From positions 69,181 through 133,180 of the forward strand of contig JAPDIZ010000003.1 of assembly GCA_029259355.1 (NCBI GenBank): DNA of 64,000 nt, given 5' to 3'. Of this stretch, positions 1 through 8,960 are shown in pieces. Source of the stretch: Candidatus Bathyarchaeota archaeon (GTDB taxonomy: Archaea; Thermoproteota; Bathyarchaeia; JAPDIZ01). The translations under genes and the position numbers were made by a program. Positions within the stretch are counted from its first letter, which is position 1; each line of letters starts with the position of its first letter. The notes below the pieces were generated by a model. The model made no database searches. It had not been told where the DNA came from and worked only from the letters and a program-made list of their open reading frames with translations.

Positions 1-1
1 A

Positions 2-181
2 GCTCCGTGGTACAAGGAGGACGAGCTACTTAACAAGCAAGTAGCCGTTATAGCAAACCTACAACCAGCTAAGATATTCGGAGTCGAGTCAGAGGTTATG
101 ATTCTTGCCGCAGAAGACGAAGAAGGAGTATCCATTCTACAGCCAGATAAAAAGAAGAGAAATGGCTCAAAAATACTGTAA
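2..181 (+). CDS. tRNA-binding domain protein, C-terminal fragment (MetRS C-terminal / Trbp111-like OB fold); partial at window edge
   Basis: Frame-2 translation ...NLQPAKIFGVESEVMILAAEDEEGVSILQPDKKKRNGSKIL ending at TAA 179-181; typical tail of EMAP/Trbp111-type tRNA-binding domains. Confidence 0.55.
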   Translation, partial: APWYKEDELLNKQVAVIANLQPAKIFGVESEVMILAAEDEEGVSILQPDKKKRNGSKIL

Positions 182-186
182 ATTTT

Positions 187-345
187 TTACCTTTTGTTGT
201 TTCTCCTCATCCACAATTCAGTGGCTAGCATATCTCTAATAGCAGCACGAATAGCCTCAGCTCTATTTGGATAGTATCGCTCACTTACGAGTACGTCTAT
301 GTCTCTTAGGTACGACTCTGGAAGGTGTATGGTGATCAGTTTCAT
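187..345 (-). CDS. ribbon-helix-helix (CopG/NikR-type) DNA-binding protein
   Basis: MKLITIHLPESYLRDIDVLV...NRAEAIRAAIRDML fits the RHH strand-helix-helix pattern; the ORF track extends to 372 but MKLITI is the more typical start. Confidence 0.6.
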   Translation of the reverse strand: MKLITIHLPESYLRDIDVLVSERYYPNRAEAIRAAIRDMLATELWMRRNNKR

Positions 346-529
346 CGACCTCACCCCTCGGTCCGCGAGCACTCCCCTGTAAAAATAAAAGATATCCGTT
401 ATGATTACGATTTAAATACGTTTTAAATACCAAAACCTTTGGACATATAAAAATTGTCTATGGCTATGTAATTCCTCCTGTCAAAAAGTAGGTGTTAAGC
501 TCCTGTATTTTGGTTCGTTAACCCCAAAT

Positions 530-1837
530 CTACTCGAGGATTTCGCCCAAGAGGTGGAAGGGCTTGGCTTCCAACACCCTAATCTCCTTTTTAACCCCAA
601 GAAGCTGTAGGTGGTCCCGGATGACCACGGGTTTGTAGTTGTATGTTCTAGCTACAACGTTTTTGCCAAATCTGTCAAGCTCTATCAAGAAGGCTTTTTC
701 TCGATGCCCCACCATCCTCTGGTTGTTTTGGTAAGCGATTTGTTCGCAGAGCTTGGCAATAGCCGTGGATCGCTTCTTTACTTCTTTGGAGTTGAGGGGC
801 TTGAGCTTTGATGCAGGAGTCCCCGGCCTAGGTCCATACTTAGAGATATTCACTATATCTGGTCTGAGTTCCCTGATCAGCTCCACGGTCTTCTCGAAGT
901 CTTTGTGAGTTTCTGTAGGGTATCCGACGATGATGTCTGTTGCGATGGAGATACCCTCAACGCCTTCTCTTAGAGCTTCCACCACTTCTCTGAACAGCTC
1001 TACCGTGTAGGGTCGGTTCATGTCTCTGAGGACTTTGTTGGAGCCAGATTGTAGGGGGATGTGGACGAAGCGGTAGATCTTTGGGTGGTTTAGCGCCTCA
1101 ACGAGTTCGTCTAGCATGTCAGCTGCAAAGTGTGGATTCATCATACCGACTCTAATCCTATAGTCTCCAGAAACTTCGACCACTTTTTTAAGCAGGTCTG
1201 TGAGCTTCGTTCCGCGATCTCTTCCATAGGCTCCGCAATCCTGTGAGGTGAGCCAGATCTCCTTTGCCCCGCTTTCCACAGCCTTCTCAACCTTCTTCAC
1301 GATTTCGCGTACGTCGTAGGAGTAGAGAGTTCCTCTTGCGAAGCGGACGCAGCAGTAGGCGCAGCTCCCCAAGCACCCAAGCGAGATCTCAACGATCTCG
1401 ATGAAAGGATTTAGCCTTTGGTGCGGTAGCCCAATCTTTGGCTTAGGGCCCTTGGAGAGCTCCACAATCCCCCTCTCACCCAGCTCAACCCTTTGAAGAA
1501 CTTCTGGGAGCTTTTCGATGGTGTAGGGGTCTATGAGCGCGGCGAAGGAGGGAGCAGCTGCTTTAACCGCTGGGAGGTCTATCTTCGGCAGACAACCCGC
1601 TATGATTAGAGGCTTTTTGGTCGCGTGCAAAACCGATATCCTGTGAAGGAGCTTGTCCTCTGTGGGCTTCTTAACACCGCAGGTGTTGATGAGCAGCACA
1701 TCCGCTTGCTCAACGCTATCCACCCATGCGTAGCCTGCGCGCGCCGCTAGTGCGCGAATTATCTCGAAGTCGTGTTGGTTAGCTGCGCACCCATAGGTTT
1801 CTCCGTATATCCTCTTGCCACCCATTTTCGCAGCCAA
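530..1837 (-). CDS. radical SAM methylthiotransferase, MiaB-like (archaeal MtaB/CDKAL1-type tRNA modification enzyme)
   Basis: N-terminal MTTase Cys residues (GETYGCAAN, INTCGVK, AGCLP), radical SAM Cx3Cx2C (CLGSCAYCC) and C-terminal TRAM-like domain; 435 aa. Confidence 0.8.
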   Translation of the reverse strand: MAAKMGGKRIYGETYGCAANQHDFEIIRALAARAGYAWVDSVEQADVLLINTCGVKKPTEDKLLHRISVLHATKKPLIIAGCLPKIDLPAVKAAAPSFAALIDPYTIEKLPEVLQRVELGERGIVELSKGPKPKIGLPHQRLNPFIEIVEISLGCLGSCAYCCVRFARGTLYSYDVREIVKKVEKAVESGAKEIWLTSQDCGAYGRDRGTKLTDLLKKVVEVSGDYRIRVGMMNPHFAADMLDELVEALNHPKIYRFVHIPLQSGSNKVLRDMNRPYTVELFREVVEALREGVEGISIATDIIVGYPTETHKDFEKTVELIRELRPDIVNISKYGPRPGTPASKLKPLNSKEVKKRSTAIAKLCEQIAYQNNQRMVGHREKAFLIELDRFGKNVVARTYNYKPVVIRDHLQLLGVKKEIRVLEAKPFHLLGEILE

Positions 1838-1877
1838 TTTATGCTTCGGCGCTTATATGGGTGGGTGTGGCTAAGCC

Positions 1878-3014
1878 ATGTCTGAGTTCATCAGCGCTTA
1901 TGCTTTGCGGAGAAGCGCTAGGTGGAGGTACGAGCTTATAAGGGATTCGAGGTGGGACAAGTGCTACGCACCCGTGTATGAGGCTGTTGGTAGGGGGAGG
2001 AGGATACCCCTCCTCAAGACGCTTTTGGCTAGCTTCTGCCGCTACGGATGCGCCTACTGCGCTCTTAGGCAGGGGATGAGGAGAGGTGCTTGGGGTGTTG
2101 AGAGGCTTGTGAACGCAACCATCGCGCTCAGTCAGAGCAGGCGCATAGAGGGGCTTTTCCTAAGCTCTACGGTGTTCGGCGACCCAGATCGCGTAGTTGA
2201 GAGGGAGCTGGAGGTGGTGGAGAAGCTTAGAAGAAGAGGGTATACGGGATACATCCACCTCAAGGTCATGCCCGGTACAAGCCGATACTTGGTGGAGAGA
2301 GCTGCTGAGCTTGCGGACAGAGTCGGCGTAAACCTAGAAGCGCCCTTAGAATCCGCTTTCTCAGAAGTATGCCCTGACAAGGGAGGGTTTAGAGAAGCTG
2401 TGCTGAAGAGGCTTGAGTGGATCTCTGAAGCAGCTGAGAAGTGGAGGAGGAGAGGAGAGCGTCCGCGATGGGGGTTTGGGAGAGCAGGCGTCGATACACA
2501 GTTTGTTGTCGGCGCCACAGACGAACCCGACAAGACGTACTTGGAGCTTACGCAGAAGCTGTACCACGACCTCAAGCTGTCTAGAGTCTACTTCAGCGGA
2601 TTCGAGCCCATCCCCAACACCCCGCTGGAGAAGAGGAGGAGCTGTCCTCCGTGGAGGGAGCTGAGGCTGTATCAAGCCTCGTTTTTGATCAGAGATTATG
2701 GGTTTTCGGTTGAGCAGCTAGACGAAATACTCGACGACTTCGGGAACTTGCCCAACAAGGATCCAAAGGAGGCGTATGCGGAGGCACATCCAGAGCTCTT
2801 CCCAATAGACCTCAACCAAGCTAGCTTGAGAGAGCTTTTGCTCATACCGGGAATAGGCCTAGAAACCGCTAAGCGAATAGTTGCTGCGAGAAGCGTGCAA
2901 AAGATAGAGACCTACGCTGATCTGAGAAGAGTTTTAGGAAGAGCCCTCGCGAGGAAGATAGCTCCCTACGTCTCCTTTGGGGAAAAGGGAGCGCTTCGCG
3001 CATACGTGGGGTGA
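1878..3014 (+). CDS. radical SAM protein with C-terminal helix-hairpin-helix (putative DNA modification/repair radical SAM family)
   Basis: Cx3Cx2C motif CRYGCAYC near the N-terminus; C-terminal HhH signature LIPGIGLETAKRIVAAR. Confidence 0.5.
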   Translation: MSEFISAYALRRSARWRYELIRDSRWDKCYAPVYEAVGRGRRIPLLKTLLASFCRYGCAYCALRQGMRRGAWGVERLVNATIALSQSRRIEGLFLSSTVFGDPDRVVERELEVVEKLRRRGYTGYIHLKVMPGTSRYLVERAAELADRVGVNLEAPLESAFSEVCPDKGGFREAVLKRLEWISEAAEKWRRRGERPRWGFGRAGVDTQFVVGATDEPDKTYLELTQKLYHDLKLSRVYFSGFEPIPNTPLEKRRSCPPWRELRLYQASFLIRDYGFSVEQLDEILDDFGNLPNKDPKEAYAEAHPELFPIDLNQASLRELLLIPGIGLETAKRIVAARSVQKIETYADLRRVLGRALARKIAPYVSFGEKGALRAYVG

Positions 3015-3029
3015 AGAGAGCTGGGTTTT

Positions 3030-3686
3030 GTGCTAGAAGAGGGGGCTAAGCTCTTTGGATACGTTCGGGTGGGCGAAAGAGCCTACATAGGGCCTTACAC
3101 GCGCGTATACGGGCCAGCCACAATCGGCGACGATTCCCGCATAGAAGAGTTTTGCCTCATCGGCGTAGAAGCTGCGCGAAAAACATCTTCTAGAGAGAAT
3201 GAGCTCGAAACCTCGATAGGCGAAAAAGTCGTCATCCGCTCACACACAGTAGTTTATGCTGGTTGCCGAATCGATAGTGGGTGCTTCGTGGGGCACAACG
3301 CACTCCTCAGAGAGCATACGGTGCTGGGGAGGAACGTGGTTGTGGGAACAGCTTCCGTCCTAGAGGGCTATTGCTCAGTAGGCGACGAAACCGTTATGCA
3401 GTCTCTTGTATACGTCTGCCGCCACGCAGCCATAGGAAGAGGAGTCTTCATAGGCCCAAACACCGTTTTCCTCAACGACAAGCATCCCCCCTCCAAAAGG
3501 CTAGAAGCTCCGGTAGTGGAGGATGAAGCAGTCATTGGGGGAAACTGCACCATACTCCCAAACGTCAGAGTGGGGAGGGGAGCTTTGGTGGGCGCAGGCT
3601 CTGTCGTAACCAAAGATGTCCCTCCCTACGTGATCGTAGCGGGAAACCCCGCCAAGCCCTTGGGCAAAAGAGAGCTACCTACCTAA
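3030..3686 (+). CDS. hexapeptide-repeat (left-handed beta-helix) acyl/acetyltransferase
   Basis: Repeated [LIV]-G-x-x-x-x hexapeptide pattern across 218 aa (IGDDSRI, VGHNALL, IGGNCTI, VGAGSVV). Confidence 0.7.
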   Translation: MLEEGAKLFGYVRVGERAYIGPYTRVYGPATIGDDSRIEEFCLIGVEAARKTSSRENELETSIGEKVVIRSHTVVYAGCRIDSGCFVGHNALLREHTVLGRNVVVGTASVLEGYCSVGDETVMQSLVYVCRHAAIGRGVFIGPNTVFLNDKHPPSKRLEAPVVEDEAVIGGNCTILPNVRVGRGALVGAGSVVTKDVPPYVIVAGNPAKPLGKRELPT

Positions 3687-4847
3687 GGCGTCCTCAGCTC
3701 TCTGTACAAACTGCTCGTTGGTTAGCTCTGCAAAGACAGCGCTTGCTGCGTATGCGTGCCCATCGGCTATACCGAAGTCGGCGGTTGCTCTAAGCAGAAG
3801 CTCGTAGGCGTTGAGGAGCTCGCCTGAGTCTATCTTCGGCTGCATCTTCTTAGGGATGCGGACAGATGCCTTGACGTAGTCTTTTTGAAGCTCGCCAAAG
3901 CCTGGCACTTCTCTAGGTACGCGCATGAAGCCCATGATGTACTTGCTTGGGTCGATGAGCTTGGCTTGGTAGGAGATGAAGGAGCAGAAGGTCCCAACAA
4001 CCTTCGTACCCATTCCTCGGTATACGTCTCCCGAGTCAAACCACTGGATGTGCTCAGTCTTGTTCAAGCCTCTGCGGTAGAGAATTGCCAAAAGCCGCTT
4101 GTTGGCAGCTTTTCTCTTCTCCTCCAAGTCCTTTAGGAGGGTCTCTGCGCTTTGGGAGAAGCCGCGTAGAGACGCTTCTACCCCCACTCTTGGACCGCCT
4201 CGGTAGTAGCCGACGGAGCCAAGTATCTGGAGCTTGGAGAAGAGCCTCTGAACAGTCTCCCCTATTCTAGGGATTTTGAGCGACTTCCCCTCTTTAATCA
4301 GCGCCTTTGCTTCCAAGGCTTCGCTGAGAACCACTTGGTTGAGCCCTCTAAGGCCCCCAGGTATCTCTGTGCTGCCCACAACCGCCAGATAGGATAGGTC
4401 GACGTTTTCCTCGCTTAGCTTTTTGGAGAAGAGATAGCAGACGGTTGCGCCAGAAACCTCCTCCTCACCCCTTATTCCGAAGTTTTCGGGGTTTAGGTCG
4501 ATTACGGCGGGGTCCGTGGCTTGCCTAGGCTCGTGGTGATCAAGTATTATGGTGAGAAGCCTTCCTCGGTTTACGGAGGATATGTAGTCGGCGTGGGATG
4601 AGCCTATGTCGCAGTAGAGCACAACACCCTCTTCCTTCCTATGAATCGAGTCCACGACCTCGCGGAACAGCTTCTCCAAGCAGATGGTCTTTACCTCAAA
4701 CCCTGCTCGCCTAAGCGATTCGCAGATGATCGCGCCAGAGCACAGCCCATCTGCGTCGTCGTGGTGGATGACCACAGCTCTCTTTTCACCAGACTCAATC
4801 AGCTTGGAGACGGCTTCGCCGACTCGCTCGAAGTAATCCGACGACAT
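3675..4847 (-). CDS. DHH-family phosphoesterase (RecJ-like / NrnA-like nanoRNase or pAp phosphatase)
   Basis: VVIHHDDADGLCSGAI and ILDHHEP (DHH motifs), with a DHHA1-like C-terminal half; 390 aa. Confidence 0.7.
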   Translation of the reverse strand: MSSDYFERVGEAVSKLIESGEKRAVVIHHDDADGLCSGAIICESLRRAGFEVKTICLEKLFREVVDSIHRKEEGVVLYCDIGSSHADYISSVNRGRLLTIILDHHEPRQATDPAVIDLNPENFGIRGEEEVSGATVCYLFSKKLSEENVDLSYLAVVGSTEIPGGLRGLNQVVLSEALEAKALIKEGKSLKIPRIGETVQRLFSKLQILGSVGYYRGGPRVGVEASLRGFSQSAETLLKDLEEKRKAANKRLLAILYRRGLNKTEHIQWFDSGDVYRGMGTKVVGTFCSFISYQAKLIDPSKYIMGFMRVPREVPGFGELQKDYVKASVRIPKKMQPKIDSGELLNAYELLLRATADFGIADGHAYAASAVFAELTNEQFVQRAEDALGR

Positions 4848-4904
4848 CCCCCAACCACAGGGTATTAAGGAGGTTTGGGGGCTTAATTTGGTTGTGGGAG
4901 AGCG

Positions 4905-5498
4905 TTGGGTAGGCTAAGCGACCGCTACCGGGCATTGGCTAACCTCCGAAGAGCTGTGCAGCTCATAGAAAAATCGAGGTACTTCCCACTAGTCGTTCCA
5001 GAGGTGGGTACGAACGTAGCCATGGCCACACCCGGTGCAAAAAGCGTAGACGATATAGCAGCAGTTCCCGGAAGAATTGTGGTGATTGAGGGAAGGGCTA
5101 GAGCTGTTGGGTGCCCATGGTTTGGCGCGTCTAGCCACCTAGCTAGGCTCTTGCTCGAGAGGATGAAGTACGACCCCAACAAGCTTGGCGCAATAAACAT
5201 TCGGTTCTCCAGCTCTATACTCGAAGCTGTTGAGCACGTAGCTCAGCATCGTTCTCTAGTCATCTCATACTTCGAGAGAGAAAAAGAGCCTCCCGAAGTC
5301 GCTGAGGTTGAGGGCAAAAGCCTTCCATGGGGGCTTAGGCAAGCAATCGAAAACGCTGGCGGCAAAATCCCCGACATCGTATGGGATAGTGGAGGAGTTG
5401 GCAAAGAGGCTATGGTGAGGATATTCGGCAAAAACGCTGTTGACGCTACCAAGATCGCGTTAGCGGTAGCTAAGCTGGTCTCAAAGCAAACCTCTTAA
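4905..5498 (+). CDS. ThiN-domain protein (archaeal-type thiamine-phosphate synthase family), tentative
   Basis: GTNVAMA...AAVPGRI...WFGASSHLARLLL...AMVRIFGK resembles the ThiN domain as I recall it; not verified by search. Confidence 0.4.
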   Translation: MGRLSDRYRALANLRRAVQLIEKSRYFPLVVPEVGTNVAMATPGAKSVDDIAAVPGRIVVIEGRARAVGCPWFGASSHLARLLLERMKYDPNKLGAINIRFSSSILEAVEHVAQHRSLVISYFEREKEPPEVAEVEGKSLPWGLRQAIENAGGKIPDIVWDSGGVGKEAMVRIFGKNAVDATKIALAVAKLVSKQTS

Positions 5499-5534
5499 AT
5501 ACTCAGCACAGCCCTCCCAACGAGGGTTGATGGA

Positions 5535-5870
5535 TTGGGTCATTGGCTGATGGTAGTGATCGGCGCAGCCATTGGCTACCTCACCAACGCTATCGCAATT
5601 CGCATGGCTTTTCTGTGGCTTATTCCGCGAAAGCAAGAGGAGATGCGTAGGGGGTTGGTGGAGGGGATAAAGCAGTTTCTTCCCAAATACCTTCAGCTAC
5701 CTCTAATCGGAGACAAGATCGAGAAGGACATAGAGAGAATCGTCAGCCAATACGACTTGACCGAGTTGGGCAAGCAGCTGTATCGCGCTGGGCGAAGAGA
5801 GCTCTTGGGCATCGAGCTTCTTGGAGCTTTGGTGGGAGCTTTGGTCGGTTTAGTCGGGATGTTGCTCTAA
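5535..5870 (+). CDS. small hypothetical membrane protein
   Basis: 111-aa ORF with hydrophobic N- and C-terminal segments; no recognisable motif. Confidence 0.3.
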   Translation: MGHWLMVVIGAAIGYLTNAIAIRMAFLWLIPRKQEEMRRGLVEGIKQFLPKYLQLPLIGDKIEKDIERIVSQYDLTELGKQLYRAGRRELLGIELLGALVGALVGLVGMLL

Positions 5871-5986
5871 CCTAGCACCTGATTGTTTTCAACCGCGTGT
5901 TGGATTTGTCACCCCTGCCAACAAAGGCGATTGTAGCTAGGGGTCTGTTGCGCATTCGCTGAGCAGAAAGATTTGAGTTGTGAAGG

Positions 5987-6110
5987 TGGTAGCCCGGGGG
6001 AGATTCGAACTCCCGTCGGCGGGTCCAAAGCCCGCCATGCTTGGCCGTTTTGCGGCTTTTGCCTCTACACTCGGCGGGAGGCGTGCCCTCCACCGGGCTG
6101 CTCCCGGGCT
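5987..6110 (-). tRNA. tRNA gene, over-long (about 113-124 nt), probably intron-containing; candidate anticodon arm GCGGG-CUUUGGA-CCCGC would give anticodon UUG (Gln), isotype tentative
   Basis: Minus-strand RNA ends ...GGGAG-UUCGAAU-CUCCC-CCGGGCU-A-CCA (T-arm, 3' acceptor, discriminator, encoded CCA). Complementary 5' acceptor AGCCCGG occurs twice (6104-6110 and 6093-6099). Perfect 5-7-5 hairpin at 6019-6035. Extra sequence between acceptor and anticodon arm implies an intron at a non-canonical position. Confidence 0.6.
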
Positions 6111-6133
6111 GTGATGTGGATAGGAACAAGGTG

Positions 6134-6140
6134 TTTTTAA
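6134..6140 (-). promoter_or_regulatory. candidate archaeal TATA box for the tRNA at 5987-6110
   Basis: A/T-rich TTAAAAA (minus strand) about 24-30 nt upstream of the putative tRNA 5' end. Confidence 0.3.
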
Positions 6141-6255
6141 GTTTTGTAGGAGCTGCTAGTGGTGGGGGTGTAGAGTGTTCTAAGGGTTTATTGGGGAATT
6201 TTGTGCAATTGTTAGGATTACCGAAAAGTCTTTATACCTTCCTATTTCACCCTCT

Positions 6256-6987
6256 TTGAGGAATGGTCGGCTGAACATCGAGTTATCCGAAGAATCCATC
6301 CTCGCAAGGAGCTCGTCGCAGCAGGTTGTGTTGCTGATGCGTTGGGGGCTTGGATGGCTTAGGCGACGAAAATCCTCGACTCAGACGGCAGAGGTTTTGG
6401 AAGCTATAGACACTTTAGAGCGGGGAGGAGGATCGCCTAGCGTAAAAGCCATAAGCGCAGCAACCGGGTTGGGAAGCGACGAGGTTAGGAGAGTTCTAAG
6501 CGAAGCTGCTGACAAGGGGTTGGTATCGGTTGAGAGGGGAAGGCTTAGGCTCACGGACAAGGGAAGAGCTAGCGTGCTTGAGCACCGAACGAGGTATGTC
6601 CACGACCTCGTTTTAAGACCTCCCCCACCCCTCGCTACGCTCTCACGAGTTTGGGAGCGTGAGGTAAGCAGCTGGGGAGATCATTTGGTGAGAAACCACG
6701 GGATAGACCAGCAAGTAGTCCAGAGGCTTATGGAGTACAGAGGTAGAATAGAGCAGGTGGTTCCACTTACTTCGCTGGCGGAGGGGGAGAGGGGGGAAGT
6801 CGTCTTCGTATTGGGTGGGAGAGGAGCTGTTAGAAGGCTCTGGGATATGGGGCTCACCCCGGGAACCGAAGTCATCTTAGCTAGAAGAGCTCCCTTTATG
6901 GGGCCTGTCGAGGTTTTGGTTAGAGGAACGAGCTTAGCTCTTGGTAGAGGAATAGCTTCTCGAGTTTTTGTTAGAGTCAAGAGGTGA
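6256..6987 (+). CDS. winged-helix (DtxR-like) regulator with C-terminal FeoA (SH3-like) domain
   Basis: C-terminal LAEGERGEVVFVLGGRGAVRRLWDMGLTPGTEVILARRAPFMGPVEVLVRGTSLALGRGIASRVFV is FeoA-like; N-terminal HTH-like region; immediately upstream of feoB; true start uncertain. Confidence 0.65.
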   Translation: MRNGRLNIELSEESILARSSSQQVVLLMRWGLGWLRRRKSSTQTAEVLEAIDTLERGGGSPSVKAISAATGLGSDEVRRVLSEAADKGLVSVERGRLRLTDKGRASVLEHRTRYVHDLVLRPPPPLATLSRVWEREVSSWGDHLVRNHGIDQQVVQRLMEYRGRIEQVVPLTSLAEGERGEVVFVLGGRGAVRRLWDMGLTPGTEVILARRAPFMGPVEVLVRGTSLALGRGIASRVFVRVKR

Positions 6988-7107
6988 GCTCAAACGGGTA
7001 AGAGAATTAGCGTAGCGCTAGCTGGAAATGCTAATGTTGGGAAGAGCAGCCTCTTCAACCAGCTTACGGGGTCGAGCCAGCACATAGGTAACTGGCCGGG
7101 TAAGACT

Positions 7108-8958
7108 GTGGAAAAAGCTGAAGGCAAGCTGTACTACTCGGGATACGAGATATACGTGGTGGACCTGCCCGGTATCTACTCGCTGTCAGCTCTGTCGATT
7201 GAAGAGCTCATCGCTCGAGACTACATAGCCTCTGAAAAGCCCGACATAGTGATCGATGTCGTAGATGCCTCTGCTCTGGAGAGAAACCTGTACCTCACAG
7301 TGCAGCTGCTCGAACTCGAAGCCCCTCTACTGATAGCCCTCAACCAAGTAGACTTCGCCGCGAAGAGGGGGATTAGGATAGATGTCGAGGCTTTGGAAAG
7401 GGAGTTGGGGGTTAAGGTGGTTCCAACGATCGCAACCACTGGCTACGGGGTAGATGAACTCGTAAAAGCTGTAGTATCGTTCTACGAGGAGGGTAAGCCT
7501 AGCGGGAGAGCTCCAAGGTATGGGAGGGAAGTTGAGGAAGCGATAGAGGCTATCGAGAAGGAACTCTCCAACGTAACCCTTGGGGAGCTGGAGCGCTTTC
7601 CCAAAAGGTGGATTGCGATAAAGCTTCTCGAGAGAGATTCTGAGGTCTGGGAGCTGCTCTCCAAGCAGCCCAGCTGCGACGCTGTGTTTGAGGCTGTTGC
7701 GAAGTGGAGTCAAAAGATCGAGAGCATGCACGGCGAACGCGCTCCCGCCATAATCGCAGCCGAAAGATATGGGTTTATAACGCGAGTGGTTGAGCGCGTG
7801 CAGACGATAACCACACCCGCGAAGCCCTCGCTGAGCGAAGCCGTAGACGAGCTAACCACTCACCCAGTAGCGGGTTACCTGATCCTAGCTTGCGTAGTAG
7901 CTGGGATATTCGCTGCAGTCTTTGAAGGCGGATCAGCGCTCAGCGCTTTTCTTGAAAGCGTTCTATCTGGTTGGCTGCTTGCAGCGAGGCAGTGGCTCTT
8001 GAGCATCCTCCCAGCATGGGCTGTTGACGTCTTGATCGATGGGGTTCTGACGGGGTTTGTAGCGGGGCTTGTGCTCGTCATCCCATACGTCCTCCCCTTC
8101 TACGTCATACTCGCGCTGTTAGAGGACTCTGGGTACTTGCCTAGAGCCGCATTTCTCGTAGATAACCTCATGCACAAGATGGGGTTGCACGGAAAGGCCT
8201 TCATACCTCTCATGCTGGGCTTCGGCTGCAACGTCCCAGCTGTCATGGGCTGTCGAATAATGGAGACGGAGAGGGAGAGGTTCATCGCTGGCCTACTCGC
8301 TACTTTTGTGCCCTGCGCAGCTCGCACAGTCGTCATTCTCGGCGTTGTGGGAAGGTTTTTGGGCCTAGGGTGGGCGCTAGCCCTATACCTCATCGACATC
8401 TTGGTAGTGATCGCTGTGGGTAGGCTAGCTCACAGAGTTGCTCCAGGAGAGCCCATGGGCCTGATCATGGAGATGCCGCCTTACAGAAAGCCAAGCCCTT
8501 CGGTGGTGCTTAGACAGTCTTGGCTTAGGACAAAGGACTTTCTCTACATAGCTCTACCGATAATCGTGTTAGGGAGCAGCTTTTTGGAAGTGCTAAAGGT
8601 CGCGGGCGTCATCGACCAAGCCTCGCAAGCCTTTGCCCCAGCTATGAGCGCGATCCTCGGGCTACCCGGGTTTGCGGTGGTACCGCTGGTCTTTGGAGTG
8701 CTTAGGAAGGAGCTAGCTCTCGTAATGCTCGTTGAGGTAGCGGGCACGACCAACCTAAGCCTAGTGTTCACGCCTTCTCAGATGGTGGTTTTCTCACTTG
8801 TCACCATGCTCTACGTTCCCTGCATAGCTACGGTGGCAGCTCTGTTCAAGGAGTTTGGAGTTGGAAAAGCTGCGCTAATCACCGCAACAAACTTGCTGGT
8901 TGCAACCGCTTTGGGAGCGTCGTCTTTCAGGCTTATGGAGCTACTAGGCTTTTCCTAG
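7108..8958 (+). CDS. feoB: ferrous iron transport protein B (FeoB); real N-terminus lies upstream of the ORF-track start
   Basis: G3 (VVDLPG) and G4 (NQVD) GTPase motifs plus a polytopic membrane domain lie within the ORF; the G1 P-loop ALAGNANVGKSSLFNQ is encoded in the same frame at about 7015-7062, upstream of the first GTG (7108). Confidence 0.85.
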   Translation: MEKAEGKLYYSGYEIYVVDLPGIYSLSALSIEELIARDYIASEKPDIVIDVVDASALERNLYLTVQLLELEAPLLIALNQVDFAAKRGIRIDVEALERELGVKVVPTIATTGYGVDELVKAVVSFYEEGKPSGRAPRYGREVEEAIEAIEKELSNVTLGELERFPKRWIAIKLLERDSEVWELLSKQPSCDAVFEAVAKWSQKIESMHGERAPAIIAAERYGFITRVVERVQTITTPAKPSLSEAVDELTTHPVAGYLILACVVAGIFAAVFEGGSALSAFLESVLSGWLLAARQWLLSILPAWAVDVLIDGVLTGFVAGLVLVIPYVLPFYVILALLEDSGYLPRAAFLVDNLMHKMGLHGKAFIPLMLGFGCNVPAVMGCRIMETERERFIAGLLATFVPCAARTVVILGVVGRFLGLGWALALYLIDILVVIAVGRLAHRVAPGEPMGLIMEMPPYRKPSPSVVLRQSWLRTKDFLYIALPIIVLGSSFLEVLKVAGVIDQASQAFAPAMSAILGLPGFAVVPLVFGVLRKELALVMLVEVAGTTNLSLVFTPSQMVVFSLVTMLYVPCIATVAALFKEFGVGKAALITATNLLVATALGASSFRLMELLGFS

Positions 8959-8960
8959 GT

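Noticed and set aside
2132-2675. Antisense and alternative-frame ORFs of 60-160 aa inside long genes (for example 2132-2575, 7327-7731, 19337-20112, 35431-35919, 46695-47147)
   Set aside because: They lie wholly within well-supported genes, have low-complexity Ser/Pro/Ala/Arg-rich translations typical of spurious ORFs in GC-rich DNA, and show no motifs.
3675-4847. DHH protein as a PAP (3'-phosphoadenosine 5'-phosphate) phosphatase linked to the PAPS operon
   Set aside because: It is about 57 kb from the sat/cysC genes and DHH proteins are common housekeeping nucleases; the functional link is speculative.
6985-6987. TGA between the FeoA-regulator and FeoB as a selenocysteine codon
   Set aside because: No reason to expect Sec in an iron transporter, no SECIS-like structure examined or evident, and Sec is not known in crenarchaea; readthrough, error or non-canonical start are more plausible.
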